The notes beneath the pieces are model-generated. The model was not told the origin of the DNA. It made no database searches and saw only the letters and a list, made by a program, of their open reading frames with translations. A DNA stretch of 64,000 bases from Adineta vaga (Eukaryota; Animalia; Rotifera), in NCBI GenBank assembly GCA_021613535.1, contig CP075492.1:15376001-15440000 (forward strand), in the 5' to 3' direction. Position 1 is the first letter of the stretch. Every line of letters begins with the position of its first letter. The translations under genes and the position numbers were made by a program. Shown here piece after piece: positions 1-12,853 of this stretch.

Positions 1-51
1 GCCTATAATTTTAGTTCCTGTAGTGCGATCTCAGATCTTTTTTCTTCCCAC

Positions 52-1106
52 GTTCCTTACTGTATCTCCCACTACCACAGGAATTTTCAGCTCCATAACT
101 CATTGTCCGGCTGAGATATAGGGGGGACAAGTCCGAAAAAGCATATTTTTCGATGAGTCATCGATAGAAAACGGAATTTTTGAAGTAACGAAAGGAGAAG
201 AATAGAAAAGACGAATAGCACGTTTTGTGCAGAATTTAATTTTCTATCCATCGATGTAACTCACTTTTGGTTTTGTTTTTATTTTTTCTAGTCTATTTGA
301 CGAAAACAGATTTACAGACAACGTGTAGACCCAGTTTAAAATGGTCCTAGAGGGAACAAGGAGCATTCTTTAAAAAAGTCAAAATCAGTAAAAGCTAGAG
401 CGTAAAAAATACTACAAAACTATCTAAAAATAGTTGTGATAAACTTTTTATAATTAGGTCAGAAGATCAAAAAGCTTTAATTACATACTAACTGTAGACC
501 CAGTTTTCAGTTTTATTTTTTCTTTTATTCCTCAACTACTGGTAGAAAATTAGTCGGACTGCCATAGAAAGATGCAGCTTGAAAAACTGAACAAGAATAT
601 CATCAACTAGTTCTCTGTTTCGCTTATTTTTAGGGAGCGTTTTACGATATACCTCAGAATGTAGACCCAGTTTTTTCTTTTATATTTTTAAGCTGATTTC
701 CATGGAAAGCATTACTATCATAGACCTTTCGACTCATGAGCACGTGCTGAGTCTCATTTATTTCTTTTTGGGCTATTCGGAAGCTATTTCTGGCAGATCA
801 TCAGACCTTAGGGCTAAAGTCTTAATTAATACGCTTTTTGTCACGATATCAAAATTTAAGGCTTCTTTTTTAATTTTCAAGAGTCGGAGCTTTGTGCCGT
901 AGCGGTATAAGTTCTCTAGATGAAATCTACAACAAGAAAAAACATTGCTTATAGAAAACATACATGGACTTTCAACGCATTTGCGGCGCATTTTCTTTTA
1001 AAATAATTTTTTTTGAAAAACCCGAATTTGATGCTCGAATATCTCCCCAAGGACGAGTCGGGTAGCGCGGAAATTTCTACTGCAGAGTCAGTGAATGATA
1101 AGGAAC
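52..1106. mobile_element. Possible non-autonomous DNA element/MITE-like sequence with degenerate inverted ends and an internal periodic motif
   Basis: The reverse complement of 52-120 aligns without gaps to 1038-1106 at ATATCTC, GC.GAAA.TTC and TAAGGAAC. TGTAGACCCAGTTT occurs at 324, 493 and 660. No credible ORF. Confidence 0.35.
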
Positions 1107-1241
1107 AAAATGTACGAATCAAATTTTCTCTCGGAGTACTTTCATTTTTTTTCTCAATGGTACAGAAAACTTACGATTCACTCATCTATTCTTTGTTTTA
1201 AATATCACGACACCAACATTATCACGTTATATTTCTACCAA

Positions 1242-2236
1242 ATGGCACATTTCGTCACCAACATCGAAGCAAAAACTGATGTGACAGAATCTACTAAAGT
1301 AAAAATCGAACAATGTGAAAACTCCATCATAAACTCTGGTACAAAGTATGTCGTTGAGGTTTGTTCTACAAACTACTCAATAATCATTGATTAGTGATCA
1401 TCATCTGTCTTTGTTTCCCTCAGTTAGTAGCAGGACTTTCATCTTATGATCTTGTTTGTTTGGGTGTTGGTAAAGGTGCCACTGCTGTCTATTCTAACCA
1501 AACTAGTAGTTCATTTGCTCTCGTACGTCGCTCAACTAACGAATGTATTCTTCTTATCGATATTGGTTTTGGTTCAATATTTGCTTTGCAAAAATATCTC
1601 AAAACTGCTAATATTAAACCTCGACAAATATTCGTTTCCCATAATCACACAGATCATAGTGGAGAATTACCTGTGTACATAGCTAATGAAGTTTCAAAAT
1701 CTATTGTTCGAATTTATTGTTACGCCTGTATTCAACCTCGTTTACGTCATTATCGTTGTGCTGAACTGGATTCAGCAACAACAGATCTTCTTCAAAATGT
1801 ACAATGGATTATGTGTAATGAATTACAAGATATTGAACTTGACTCTGGAGATCCAAAATCAAAATTAAAAATACGTGTTCAGCAAAGTCAACATAGCGAG
1901 CTATGTGCTGGGTTCGTTCTTTACGAAAATGATCAACCAATTCTTAGTTTTTCTGGAGATTCAGGTTTCAATCCATCATTTTATGCATTTCTTTGGACAG
2001 CACCAACAATTTTAGTTGATGGGCGGGTAACAAGCAGTTATGAACATGCTAGTTTCAATGAAATTTTGAGTTTTTATATAACAAAAGCTGACCAACGACA
2101 AGTTTTCGTATATCATTATGGTCTGGAAAGTGAAAAGCCAACATTTCCTGACAATAACATATCAGCTGTATCACCTGGTCAAGTTATACAATTAATGCTA
2201 CCTTTGCAAACTCCGGAAATTATCGCGTGCGATTGA
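1242..2236 (+). CDS. Metallo-beta-lactamase-fold hydrolase (RNase Z/Lactamase_B_2-like), 2 exons
   Basis: Motifs LIDIG, SHNHTDH (HxHxDH), H..C.GF, FSGDSG and a C-terminal YHY. ATG at 1242 with intron 1339-1394 joins in frame to ORF 1394-2236. Confidence 0.8.
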
Positions 2237-3633
2237 TTATATTTGCATCTAAAACTCCTACTTGGATCGTATATTTATAGACACTTCTTTTTTTCTTTTT
2301 CTATCTATGAATATAATATAAACAGAAATACCAAATGAGTTGAGCGAGTAAGAAAAACATCTCGGTGATTCGTTGTATTCTTGATAACAATGAAAGCTTT
2401 TTATTTAAATTCAACTGAAAATATATAAATATGCGAGAAGGATGAGGACGAGGGGGCGGGAGAGCAGCCATTACGCTTTTCGAACTTGCTACAATTCCTA
2501 TCGAGTGGATTAAGATCACGAAAATTTGACTTATCATAAATTAGGACTAATTTAAATCAATTATAATCTATTAAAATATAATTTCTATGAGATTTACACT
2601 GTTACAAATTCAAGAGACCGGTAGCCAGAAATTTTCCAAAGAGGGTGCCCAATTGAAGGAAAATAATTTTTCACGTCGCCCAATTTTTTCATTCGTACCC
2701 CACTCCAGATATATTTTGATCAAGGGGAGTGTACGAGCACCTGCATCCACTTGGCTCCGGTCCTGAAATTGGATTAAACAAATAAAACTAATCTGATTTA
2801 TTGCAACTTGTAATGGCAACTGTAGCACAAACAGTTGCGAGACAAGCTAACATGATCGGTTTCGACTTTGGTTAAGGGTCTCATCAAATGGCTGTAGAAG
2901 TCTCTTTTTGATTCAGATCTAATTTCAAATGAATTAAAAGTCGAAATAGGATATTTGTTCAGTAATTAGAAGAGAATTGCTTATTGTATTATGTACTTCA
3001 GTTTTTGCGAGGTTTGTAAAAGATAAGATGTGTAACAGATCAAAAGACATCGGATTACTTTTCAAATCTTAGTAGATCGGTACTTTGAAAAAAAGGAGTT
3101 TTCCCGATGCCATAGAAAAGGTGCTGTAGAAGACGAAAAGCTTCCATTTGATCCAAAAGCTCCTAAAAACCAAACATAAAATCAGACAGAACCTTTCACA
3201 GTTCTGAATTTTACCAGTGGATCGAACCCTGTGCTACAGAATCTCTTTTTAGGTTCCCTAGAGCAAAAAAGGGTTTCGTAGGAGAAAACTGAAACCTTCG
3301 GGGGTTTAGATTAAATTCTACAGAACCACAATGGTTTATTTCGAAATCATGATGGTTCAGATATTTTATTGCAAAACCCATTTTTACTCTACGAAATCTG
3401 AAAAGGGTGTGGGTGTGGATGAGGCTGCAGCTGAAATCAAAATACTCTCACATAGATAACAAAGCTTAGTGTTGAATTATAAAACGCGATTTCTGATATC
3501 AACGAAATGAAATAAGTTCTATGTTAAATTTATTTTGCTGATCAAAGAAAACGAATGAATGAACGAAACACTAAACAACATCGACCATATTGTTACAATA
3601 ATCATTTCAAATAAATAACGAATTAGCTGTTGT

Positions 3634-4584
3634 TTATCGACTAGCTCGACCAGCTTTCGGACGATTTATAGTTGCCATTTGTATAGGTTCAATAGCATGT
3701 CTTCTTAGCCAAAATAATATCATATTTCGACATTTTGTTCGTAAATCAGGTAATGATAATGCACATGCAAATGGAGTGAGTAATACAATATAAAAGCTCA
3801 TAAATAATGAATCATCAAAATAACTATATCCTATCGATCTCGACAAACCAGCTGAATAAGCAGCATAAAGTAACATAGGTGGGAACTGTAAAAAAGTACA
3901 GAGAGCAGTTATTGGAAATAATTGTAATGCCATTCTCTTATAATTTCTCCAATCAATTCGTTTATGAATATGATATTTTTGATATAAAACACGTATAAAA
4001 AGACCAAAACTAAATATTACAGTAATAAAAGCAGGTAGAATATAATGTGCGAGACTATCATAGAATGCAATCGCAGAAGAAAAACTAATGCATGAATACT
4101 GACCACATTGTCTGATTGTGTGTCTCAATGAAGTTTCACATGGCACAATGAAGAATATAACAAAATAAAATATCATCGTATATAAGATACAAAACATCAT
4201 AGGAAAATAATGAAAAAGTAGACGTTTGATTCTTGTTGAAAACAAAGTTGAATGAAAAATAAGGAGATGACGTTCAATCGATGCCCAAGTGATTAAAATA
4301 TAAACCGATACAATCGCTGCTGATTCGATATATACCCAAGCATAACAAAATTCCGATGATAAGATTAGACTTCTACCATTGCGAAAGAAATAGATATTCC
4401 ATACAATACCAGTCAGTTCTTCAAGAAGTCCAAAAGATAGAAGTAGGATAATAACATGATTGTTGAGAGCTGTTCGTAATGTTCGACTCTTAAGTAGATG
4501 ATAAAGAACAAAAATAGTTACTATAACCGAAGGAATGAGAGGAACTAGCAGAAGCCAGAAACGAATATATTCAGATATTGCCAT
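3634..4584 (-). CDS. Divergent rhodopsin-like 7TM GPCR, intronless
   Basis: 316 aa with about 7 hydrophobic segments, a DRY-equivalent ASIERH and a TM7 LLTPF. Confidence 0.85.
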   Translation of the reverse strand: MAISEYIRFWLLLVPLIPSVIVTIFVLYHLLKSRTLRTALNNHVIILLLSFGLLEELTGIVWNIYFFRNGRSLILSSEFCYAWVYIESAAIVSVYILITWASIERHLLIFHSTLFSTRIKRLLFHYFPMMFCILYTMIFYFVIFFIVPCETSLRHTIRQCGQYSCISFSSAIAFYDSLAHYILPAFITVIFSFGLFIRVLYQKYHIHKRIDWRNYKRMALQLFPITALCTFLQFPPMLLYAAYSAGLSRSIGYSYFDDSLFMSFYIVLLTPFACALSLPDLRTKCRNMILFWLRRHAIEPIQMATINRPKAGRASR

Positions 4585-6024
4585 ATAATATATCTGGAAC
4601 GCAATAGTTTAAAGAAACAAATTCAGAATACGAAATTTATGTTCTCGATATCTTCTTAAAATATAGATGTTAAATGAGTTGAAGATAGTTTGTTACAATG
4701 TATTCTAAATACATATATTTTTTTATCGCTATGCTAAATGAAATGAGAGCTCATTTATAAGTAAAGTTAATCTATTGAATATATCTAGAAATAATTTTTT
4801 ATATAAAAAATTCAATGATGTCAAAAAAAGAAGAATATAATTTTCTCAAAAGTATTTCCTGTCAGTCAATTAAACTAAAAGCCCTATAATTTAATAAAAG
4901 GTTGCTTTTAACGCTGACAAAATATGAAACTAATATTCTATTCAATTTAATAATATGATACGTCATTGCGAAGGTGTTCTGGCATTCAAAAAATTGCGAG
5001 ACATCGCGGACTCAGCAGCTACTATCGTGACCGTAATGATGAATTTTGAAATTTTTATTTTGTATTGAAATAAGCCATAATATTAATCTTTTGATGTAAA
5101 ACAAACTAAAATCGATGGTGAAAAATAAATTTCCGAAGAGATTGAAGGCATATTATAGTTTTTTAAGGATGAATCAAAGTAATTCTAATAGATTCAGCTT
5201 TGCATAAAGACAGAAAGCCTTATATATGCACGCCATTTGTGTATGCTATTCAAAAGATAAATTATCTTAACTTTGCACGCGTAAACACAGTGCATCACGT
5301 TTTATCAGAGCAAATTATGCAATCTTCAAGAAAAAATGTCATGAACGAATATATAATAAAATATTCCAACGTGAAAGTTTAACATGTCGTGTTGCTAACA
5401 TGAAAACTCTTTCCAGTTACTGCATTTAGTCAGATTTATTCAACAAATTTACCATTTTCCAAATAAAAACATGCAGTGATAAAATAATGCATAAAAAAAT
5501 GGATTGCGTCTGTCTCTATAGATTTTCAGTGTTAATGAGTTATCAAATTTTTCATATTTCGTATTTGTTAAGAAGGAAATGTGTGCTAAAATAAAAAAAC
5601 AATATATATATATATATCGTTTAGTCGACAATTTCAAATGTGATTCATTGATCCAATATACTATTATTTTGATTTTTTTCCATCCTTAATTCTTTAAAGT
5701 GTAAAAATGTGAACAACATGATAAACGCATACAATCATACGTTAAATACCTTTTGTAAACGTAGACACTATGAAATGAGGGAGTGGGTGTACGTATATCT
5801 CCTTCACCCACACTCACACTCAACCTTATGTAAAAAGAGTCATCTGATGAGTTCTTAAATAGAAAAAGACGAAACTGACCTTAGTAGCTCTTCACACTAC
5901 TGTCAAATATAATTCTACCATTATAGATTCAATTTATTACTATCTTTTTATTTCGGAAATTAATTAATGAATACAGAAGGAGTTAGTAATAGAATTTGTA
6001 TGAATGAAACGTATCAATAGTTAA

Positions 6025-6900
6025 TTAATGTGAAAAGGGAAATTTTGGTCGGGGTATAGGTGGTGGTCCTGGAAATCGAGACGGTGTTTGTTTAGATGTG
6101 TTAGATGAATCATCTCGATCACTCATTGGTAATTTACGGTCCGAACGAGTAGAAGCATCTTTTCCCTTGGAAGATCCAAGAAGTGGATGATCTGTATCAA
6201 CTTCTTTAACTTGAATAATAAAAAGATCATTGCCCGAATCGAGACATGAAACGACTTGAAATTTTCTTGCTGCAATAAGTAATACTTCATCTTCTGTTGG
6301 AAAGAACGAATGTTCACGAATATCTTTTCCTGAACTACAATCAATATTAAATAACGTTCGTGTGCCTGTTTTTCCAAGGAATTGTTCAGATTGAAGTACT
6401 TGTATTGAAGACGTACATGAAGAAAATGCCCACCAGACAAATGTTTTATCTTGTGGATATTGTTCACTTAAATTCAATTTTACTCCACGATAAATTGTTT
6501 TCGAAACAGATGGTAATTTCTCCAGAGCAGTAAGAAATAATTTCAAATAAAGATTCCATGGTTTTAATTGTTCTTGATCTTCAGTTCGAAGAGTATTATT
6601 AAGAATAACATAGAATGAATTTTCTCTCGGAGTCCATTCTAAAGAATAGAGCATAATTGAAGCAGATTCGTTCGTTGTTAGATCATCTTTTGGATTCGTA
6701 CATTTTTCTTGTACTTTTGATACCATTTTCTTAACATCAGGAACAAGTGAAACAAGCGGATCAATAGCTTCATCTATCGAGACCATTGCTATCGTATCGA
6801 ACGATTCAATTGCTTTAGTCATTTTATTAGATGGCGAAAAATTTTCAATAACACGCAATGCATGTTGTGGTGCAAATCTTTCCAAAACGTTTCTAGCCAT
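6025..6900 (-). CDS. NAD(P)+-arginine ADP-ribosyltransferase (ARTC/R-S-E class) with a Pro-rich tail
   Basis: Catalytic motifs IYRGV, FSSCTSS and EDEVLL, preceded by the LTTNESASIMLYS helical region. ATG at 6900. Confidence 0.88.
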   Translation of the reverse strand: MARNVLERFAPQHALRVIENFSPSNKMTKAIESFDTIAMVSIDEAIDPLVSLVPDVKKMVSKVQEKCTNPKDDLTTNESASIMLYSLEWTPRENSFYVILNNTLRTEDQEQLKPWNLYLKLFLTALEKLPSVSKTIYRGVKLNLSEQYPQDKTFVWWAFSSCTSSIQVLQSEQFLGKTGTRTLFNIDCSSGKDIREHSFFPTEDEVLLIAARKFQVVSCLDSGNDLFIIQVKEVDTDHPLLGSSKGKDASTRSDRKLPMSDRDDSSNTSKQTPSRFPGPPPIPRPKFPFSH

Positions 6901-8099
6901 TTTCAAATAACTAGAAGAAAAAAATTCAATGTACGTACTATCGTTAAATTAAATAGTATATTTAGGATACATCTCTAACATTACCTACAAAAACGAGAAA
7001 AAAATGAATGTAGTTTGAATCGCTTGATTGATCATCATAGTTGCGTTTGATGTACATAAAGAAAAATAGTTTATATTGGTCGATTAAACGTAAAGCCTGT
7101 ACTTCATTGATAAAAATGAAAAAGAAACGAAAAGAAAACATTTCGTTGTGTGTGATTGGATGTATAGTCACATTTATTTTGTCATTGAAGTATTTCATAG
7201 GAAAACATTTTAACAACGTAATCTATTTTGAATTCTTTCGACAGTAACGGAAAATATATTTGGATAGAAATAATAAGATGTTCAACAATTCTCTGAATAT
7301 TATATGATTATATAAACAAGACGATTTTCATAATATTTCATATACAGCATGATATCTCATCAATTCCTCAAGGATTTACTGTGTTAAAGTAAGAAATGGC
7401 TGTGGATATGAGTATGAGATACTACAACACAGCTACACCCTCAGTCATCTTATAAACAAAAATATAAATAAATCGTACTAATTGAAGATTATACCGTATT
7501 TATTAGACATATTTTAAAAGAGATTGATATATGAAATTTCATCATATGTTTATTCGTTATGGAATAAACGTCTCATTTCCGTAGTCGAATCTTGAAAGCA
7601 TTGAGTGTTGTTTTCGATAAATATTTCTTTTGATTGAAAAAATCAGTGTACAATGAAATAATTAATCATCATTCGACCATGATTCATCAAAAACACAGAA
7701 TGTGTAAATATTTCATTGTTGGAAATTGCTATTAATTTCAACATGGTGATGGTTAAGCGTTATTTTTCTTTATTTGCGTGTTCGATGATGTTTATATTAT
7801 GTCATTCTTACAAATGCACTGTGGAAAAATAAGGATGTGCACTCGTCTCCGTGCCTTTCCTTAGACTCGCACTCTCAATCATTTTTGCGAATAACATTTT
7901 ATCTTATACACTTAATATATCACACTAAAAAAATTCTTAAAAACGACAATAGAAAAAATCAAATACAACAGTATAGTTTGGTATAGTATTCCCAAATTTG
8001 AAAGCTAAATTAGACAATAATGCAGAATATTTACTAGAGAAACATGTTATTGATTTTGTGAGAACAACACCTATGATTGATTAAGAAGCAATAAATTAT

Positions 8100-8915
8100 T
8101 CATGAATCTTCACGTGATAGTTCTGTTTCGGTATCATTGTTTTCGTCAACTACCAATAAACTTATTTCTGAGTCATCGTTAAACATCTCTATCATGCGAG
8201 ATGTTGATGATGGACTTAAAATAAGTCGTGAAATTTGCCGCGCGCTGTGAATTGTTTTTTCATTGCGAGCTAAATGCAATCTCTGATACTCGTTCAACAT
8301 CTCATCGCGACGACAATGTTGAACATGCAAGGGTAGCTCACAATCGATATTTAATATATATCAGGTAATAATACAGAAGGTGTATTATTAAAATCGGTCA
8401 TTACTTTGATATGCCATCAGCAATATTCATATCCGACGATGATCGATGAAAACCACTTGAATATATATTTAGACGAAATGAATCAATAATGTGTCAATTT
8501 TCAGAAGATTGATCATACAGACAAAACGTTACTTTATAAGTGAAAGGCCACGTAAGTAATGCATCATATTCTCCTCTCAGTAGAACAAAAACTAATGACA
8601 TGTGAGTACCTCGGGTATTGTGATCACCATTAAGATACAGTCGAGTTCACATTTTATAACCAGTTGATGATGTATAAAATAGAGGAGAGAAAATACTGGT
8701 TTGTCCTTCAGATTGTGCATCAGCTAGAAAATTAATAAAAAATCTTTCTTTTTTATATATTATGATAGTTCGATTATTCTGATATTTTCCATCAGATGCC
8801 TTACAAAAATCTTAAAACATGGTTTCAGTATTATCTTACCCATTTTTCCAGAAACATTTATAATCTTCCACATGAGTGTGCCATCATAAGATGTATGAGA
8901 CATCTCTTCAATTTC
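8100..8915 (-). pseudogene. TRAF-type MATH-domain pseudogene (5'-truncated)
   Basis: Manual translation gives SYDGTLMWKII | intron 8839-8724 | DAQSEGQTSIFSPLFYTSSTGYKM*TRLYLNGD..THMSL..LRGEYDALLTWPFTYKVTFCLYDQ..*HIIDSFR..SDMNIADGISK*. In-frame stops at 8647-9 and 8494-6. Confidence 0.85.
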
Positions 8916-10060
8916 TTATTAGAAAGTGCTGAGATGTAACACAGCTTTATATAAAATCAAATATCTTTTTGAATGATGAATTTTAAAATATTATATTATT
9001 AATATGCGGCTAGCACGGAGAAAGGAAAAATTTCATTGTTTAAAAATCAATCAATCGTAAAGTCAAAAGAATAAAAGCTTCACTAAAGAGTATACAGAAA
9101 TATGGACATGATTATTCTTATCGTTAGTAACCTACTGCTAGTACGAAAACTTTATTCATTAAAAAGTTAATATCTTTTGACAGAAAAAATGACATGGATA
9201 TAAATAAGTATTTATAGAAGTATAAGAATGCACGGAAATACATTGCATGATGGTAATAGAGAAGTAATCTATTGAAACGTCAATCATATGGCATCCAAGT
9301 ATATATTTGGTATTTAAAACATATACTTATGCGTTTACGACTAAATAAATACTTACAGTTAACATTAAAATGCATATGTACTGTTCTTAATAATTGAAGA
9401 TAGTTCAGAACAATACAGCTGATTTGAGTAAATTATGAAATAATAGCATAGTCTAACGATATGAAAGAAAACATTGATTTATTCACTTGACATGATATAC
9501 ATATTAAAGTAACTTTGTGAACCGTGAACCAAATGAATATGTGTAGGTTCAGTAATCAGGCATGCTCACCTTTGTAAAATTTAATACAGGATGCACATCA
9601 GACGAACTAGATTCAGCATAATGCATTCGACGTTTTTGCTCATTGAAGATTAATTTCACTATATTTTAATTGAGTGGAAATGAAGTATTCAAACTACGAA
9701 TAAGATTGATATTTTTTAGAAGACTTGGTACTTCGAATGCGAAGCAAAAATTGATTTTGGAAAACCTTCCGCTAATCTTCGAGCTCATCGAATTCAGAAA
9801 AGAACAATATTTCGGAAGTCAATTGTTTAACGCGACCATGTTTCAAATGTGCTAGCAAAGTCTGCCGGTAGATGGTAGTGCTCATTTTGCTTTGCTTCTG
9901 ATATTGTGTTCAAACAGAACGACTACTATTTAAAAGTTTCAGGTCAAGAAGAAGAGCGTGAATGGGATGTTTATATTAAATTCAATATGTTATCATCAAA
10001 CATCTAGATTTAAGAGGTTCACATTTAATTAGAAGAAAAAGTGATATAAAGATAGATAAT

Positions 10061-10566
10061 CTATTTTTTAAAACAAGCATGCCAATCCCATTCTTTTTCG
10101 AAATCAATTGGATAATATTCAAATGGACATGTTCTTAATGGTAATCCATTACAGGTCTGTCCTACATAATCACTAATCACTCCACAAACCGTTCCCGATG
10201 CATCTTCTACCGTTGGATCACTTTTATAACATGTCCACCGATCAACTTGAGTATAACCTGGTGGACACTCCTTATTTGGACTAAATCCACCACACAAAGT
10301 ACGTGCTAGACCACCACACAGTGTGCCAAGTGGAGAACCCTGTTTTTCCATCGTTGTACTATTTTTGTAACAATAAGTAATGCCATCTTTGAATCGTTGT
10401 TGCAAATAACCGGATGGACATCCGTTCAGTGGATCAAATCCTTGACATAAAATTGAAGGAGGAGTTGATGAATCACCCCAACCACATACCGTACCACGAT
10501 AAACTATGGTATCAGCAAGGCAAGCGATAAAATACTAAATATCAAGAGAATAACAAAAAACTTCAT
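10061..10566 (-). CDS. Secreted Cys-rich protein with three GTxCG...CPxGY repeats; a 1-nt frameshift in the signal peptide
   Basis: ATG at 10566 gives MKFFVILLIFSI. One T missing in the run at ~10529-10532 would join it to FIACLADTIVYRGTVCG...GFDPLNGCPSGY and ORF 10061-10405. Confidence 0.65.
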
Positions 10567-10856
10567 TTTGTAATTGAAATTGAAGGTCCTAATGCATATT
10601 TTGTATACTATATAAAGGTACTTGATAGCACATGGATCAATCTCTCATGATGCTAATCTTCCCTTGATTCATAGATAAAACATGCATCGTCATTTTAAAT
10701 ACAAGCATTATAATTTATATAAATGAGTCAACTTTTGTGTCATTAAACCATATTTTACATTTCTCATACAGAAAAGAAAAATTGAAATAATACTATCATT
10801 GATATTTATATTCTCGCAGTTTTCTTTGTTATAGAACGTCAATTCAGATTTTTTTT

Positions 10857-11501
10857 TCAATAATATGCACTGATAAGTCTTGAATCGTAAGAAGAGATTG
10901 ACATATTACTTTTTAAATAACATGTCGAAGAAGTTCCACCATTTGTAGGAACGACCCATGTATATGCAACACAACTACTATTACTGCGACACCATAGACA
11001 ACAATCAATGTGATTAGCCACTATACCAAGATCCAAATCATTACCATAGAAATCATAACCAATCAGAACGGTCATGTTACCACATGTATAAAAATTCGGG
11101 TCTACTGCTGTTGTTGTTGCTGCTGTAGTTGATAAAATAGTAACATCCGTTGATCTTTCATTCATGTTTGTCATCATCGATGGTAACACTTCGAAAAAGT
11201 AGAAATCACTTGTTGAATTCCATTCAATCGAATAGTTTGTTGCATAAATTGTATAAAATTGACACAAATGAATGTTCGTCAAACAATTCATTGCAACGAA
11301 ATTAGCAGTTTCTGTTGTTGAATTAATTGCATGGCATAAACATTCATCACAATTACTTGAATAATTAAATAATATTGCTGGATTTATAAATGAAGATAAT
11401 GGAATGTATATTCGAGAAGATAATTTTCGAATTGTCAGACAAGAATTCAGAAAGAACATATTTAGAAGAAGAATAATCAAAATCAATCTTAATCGAAACA
11501 T
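10857..11501 (-). CDS. Secreted protein: N-terminal Cys (apple-like) domain, Thr-rich linker, C-terminal PAN/apple domain
   Basis: Signal peptide. The C-terminus DFYGNDL...DCCLWCRSNSSCVAYTW...CYLKS matches the PAN/apple Cys pattern. Confidence 0.8.
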   Translation of the reverse strand: MFRLRLILIILLLNMFFLNSCLTIRKLSSRIYIPLSSFINPAILFNYSSNCDECLCHAINSTTETANFVAMNCLTNIHLCQFYTIYATNYSIEWNSTSDFYFFEVLPSMMTNMNERSTDVTILSTTAATTTAVDPNFYTCGNMTVLIGYDFYGNDLDLGIVANHIDCCLWCRSNSSCVAYTWVVPTNGGTSSTCYLKSNMSISSYDSRLISAYY

Positions 11502-12121
11502 TCACCTCTCCTGTTCTCATTAAGTTTTTTGAGTAAACTGAATAATAAGATATAGATAGTTATTTAAAAATGTTCGAAAAACATACTACATCAATGTTGA
11601 ATGAGATAATGGAACACTTTCTTTTCTATGAATTCAATTATGAATAGATGAGAGCATCAATCAAACTTTTATTTAAAGAACCGTAGAGTGTTTCGACAAG
11701 GATTCTTATGCAAGATTACTTTTTTTAAAAAGAAAGAAATATAAATTTTATGACATACAATGGTCGATCAACAATTTTTATCGTATAATATGCCAAATAT
11801 GGATCGACTTGTTTTATTTGAGAGATTTATATTTAGTATTTATCTAACGATTTCACTGTTATCGAATCGTAGCAATTTTTTATGTTTTAATTATTGTCTC
11901 ATTACATTAACATTGAATATCAATAATGAATATGAAGCACAATCGTATCTAGGTCACACCATCACATTCTATGAACACATTTTATAAATCAATTAGCATA
12001 TGAGAACGTAACTAAAGAGCAATTGTATATCGAATAACAAACATAATTTATCACCATCAGTTTCGTTTCGACTTTTTCCACGGGAAAAATACTGATATCA
12101 CACGTTTCATTCAAATAACAT

Positions 12122-12853
12122 ATGGCCTTTCGATGGTTTCTTCTTTTCATAACTATCTCATCAATACAACTTGGTTCTACAAAACCTATCGGTAAGTGAA
12201 CAAATTTTGTTGTTCATTGAAAATATATACATATTTTTCGTAGTAGATCCTACGAATGATAGCAATGCTTCACCATCGGAAACTCTAAATACGCACGATA
12301 ATGTGTATGAGAACAGTTACTTTGGTATATTAGTTGAAAAACCTGATGAATGGTATGCAATGAATCTAAATGAACTACAATCATTAGCTCGAAGTATTGC
12401 TAAATCGCTTGTTTCTCGAAATAAGAATATATCGAATGATTTGAATGTTAAACTGGCAACTAATCTTCTAATGCCACTATTCGGTTTTACAGTTTATCCA
12501 TTTGGTACAGAAAATGGTGAAATTAATGCAAATATCATTGCAATAGCTGAAAATATTACAAATAGAGAAAGATTCAACAATAATTGTGATTTTTTTAACA
12601 TGAACGAATTCAATTTTTCAAAATCAATACAACCCATAGCTCATATAGTGGATGTGATGAATTCGAAATGAACGGAATAAAATATGCTGGAAACGATTTC
12701 ATAGTTAAAATCAATGATTTAGAAATTCAATAAAGTCAATATGTCCGAAGTACTAAAAGTGGTTCTGTATTTACATTTGTATTAACATACAGTAAAGATG
12801 AACATAGGAAACAACTATTAAATACGATGAATACTATTCGTTTCGCGAAATGA
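12122..12853 (+). pseudogene. Secreted bacterial-like hypothetical protein (possibly PsbP/DcrB-like fold), disrupted
   Basis: Signal-peptide exon 12122-12191, intron, then YENSYFGILVEKPDEW...NANIIAIAEN. Frameshift at ~12625 and in-frame TAA at 12731, then FTFVLTY...LLNTMNTIRFAK*. Confidence 0.55.

Noticed and set aside
324-673. Regularly spaced direct repeats resembling a CRISPR array
   Set aside because: Only three 14-nt repeats with ~155-nt spacers, in a eukaryotic context with no cas genes.
2610-3400. Slightly GC-richer tract with GAACC/GGTTC motifs, possibly MITE debris
   Set aside because: No definable termini, target-site duplication or transposase remnant.
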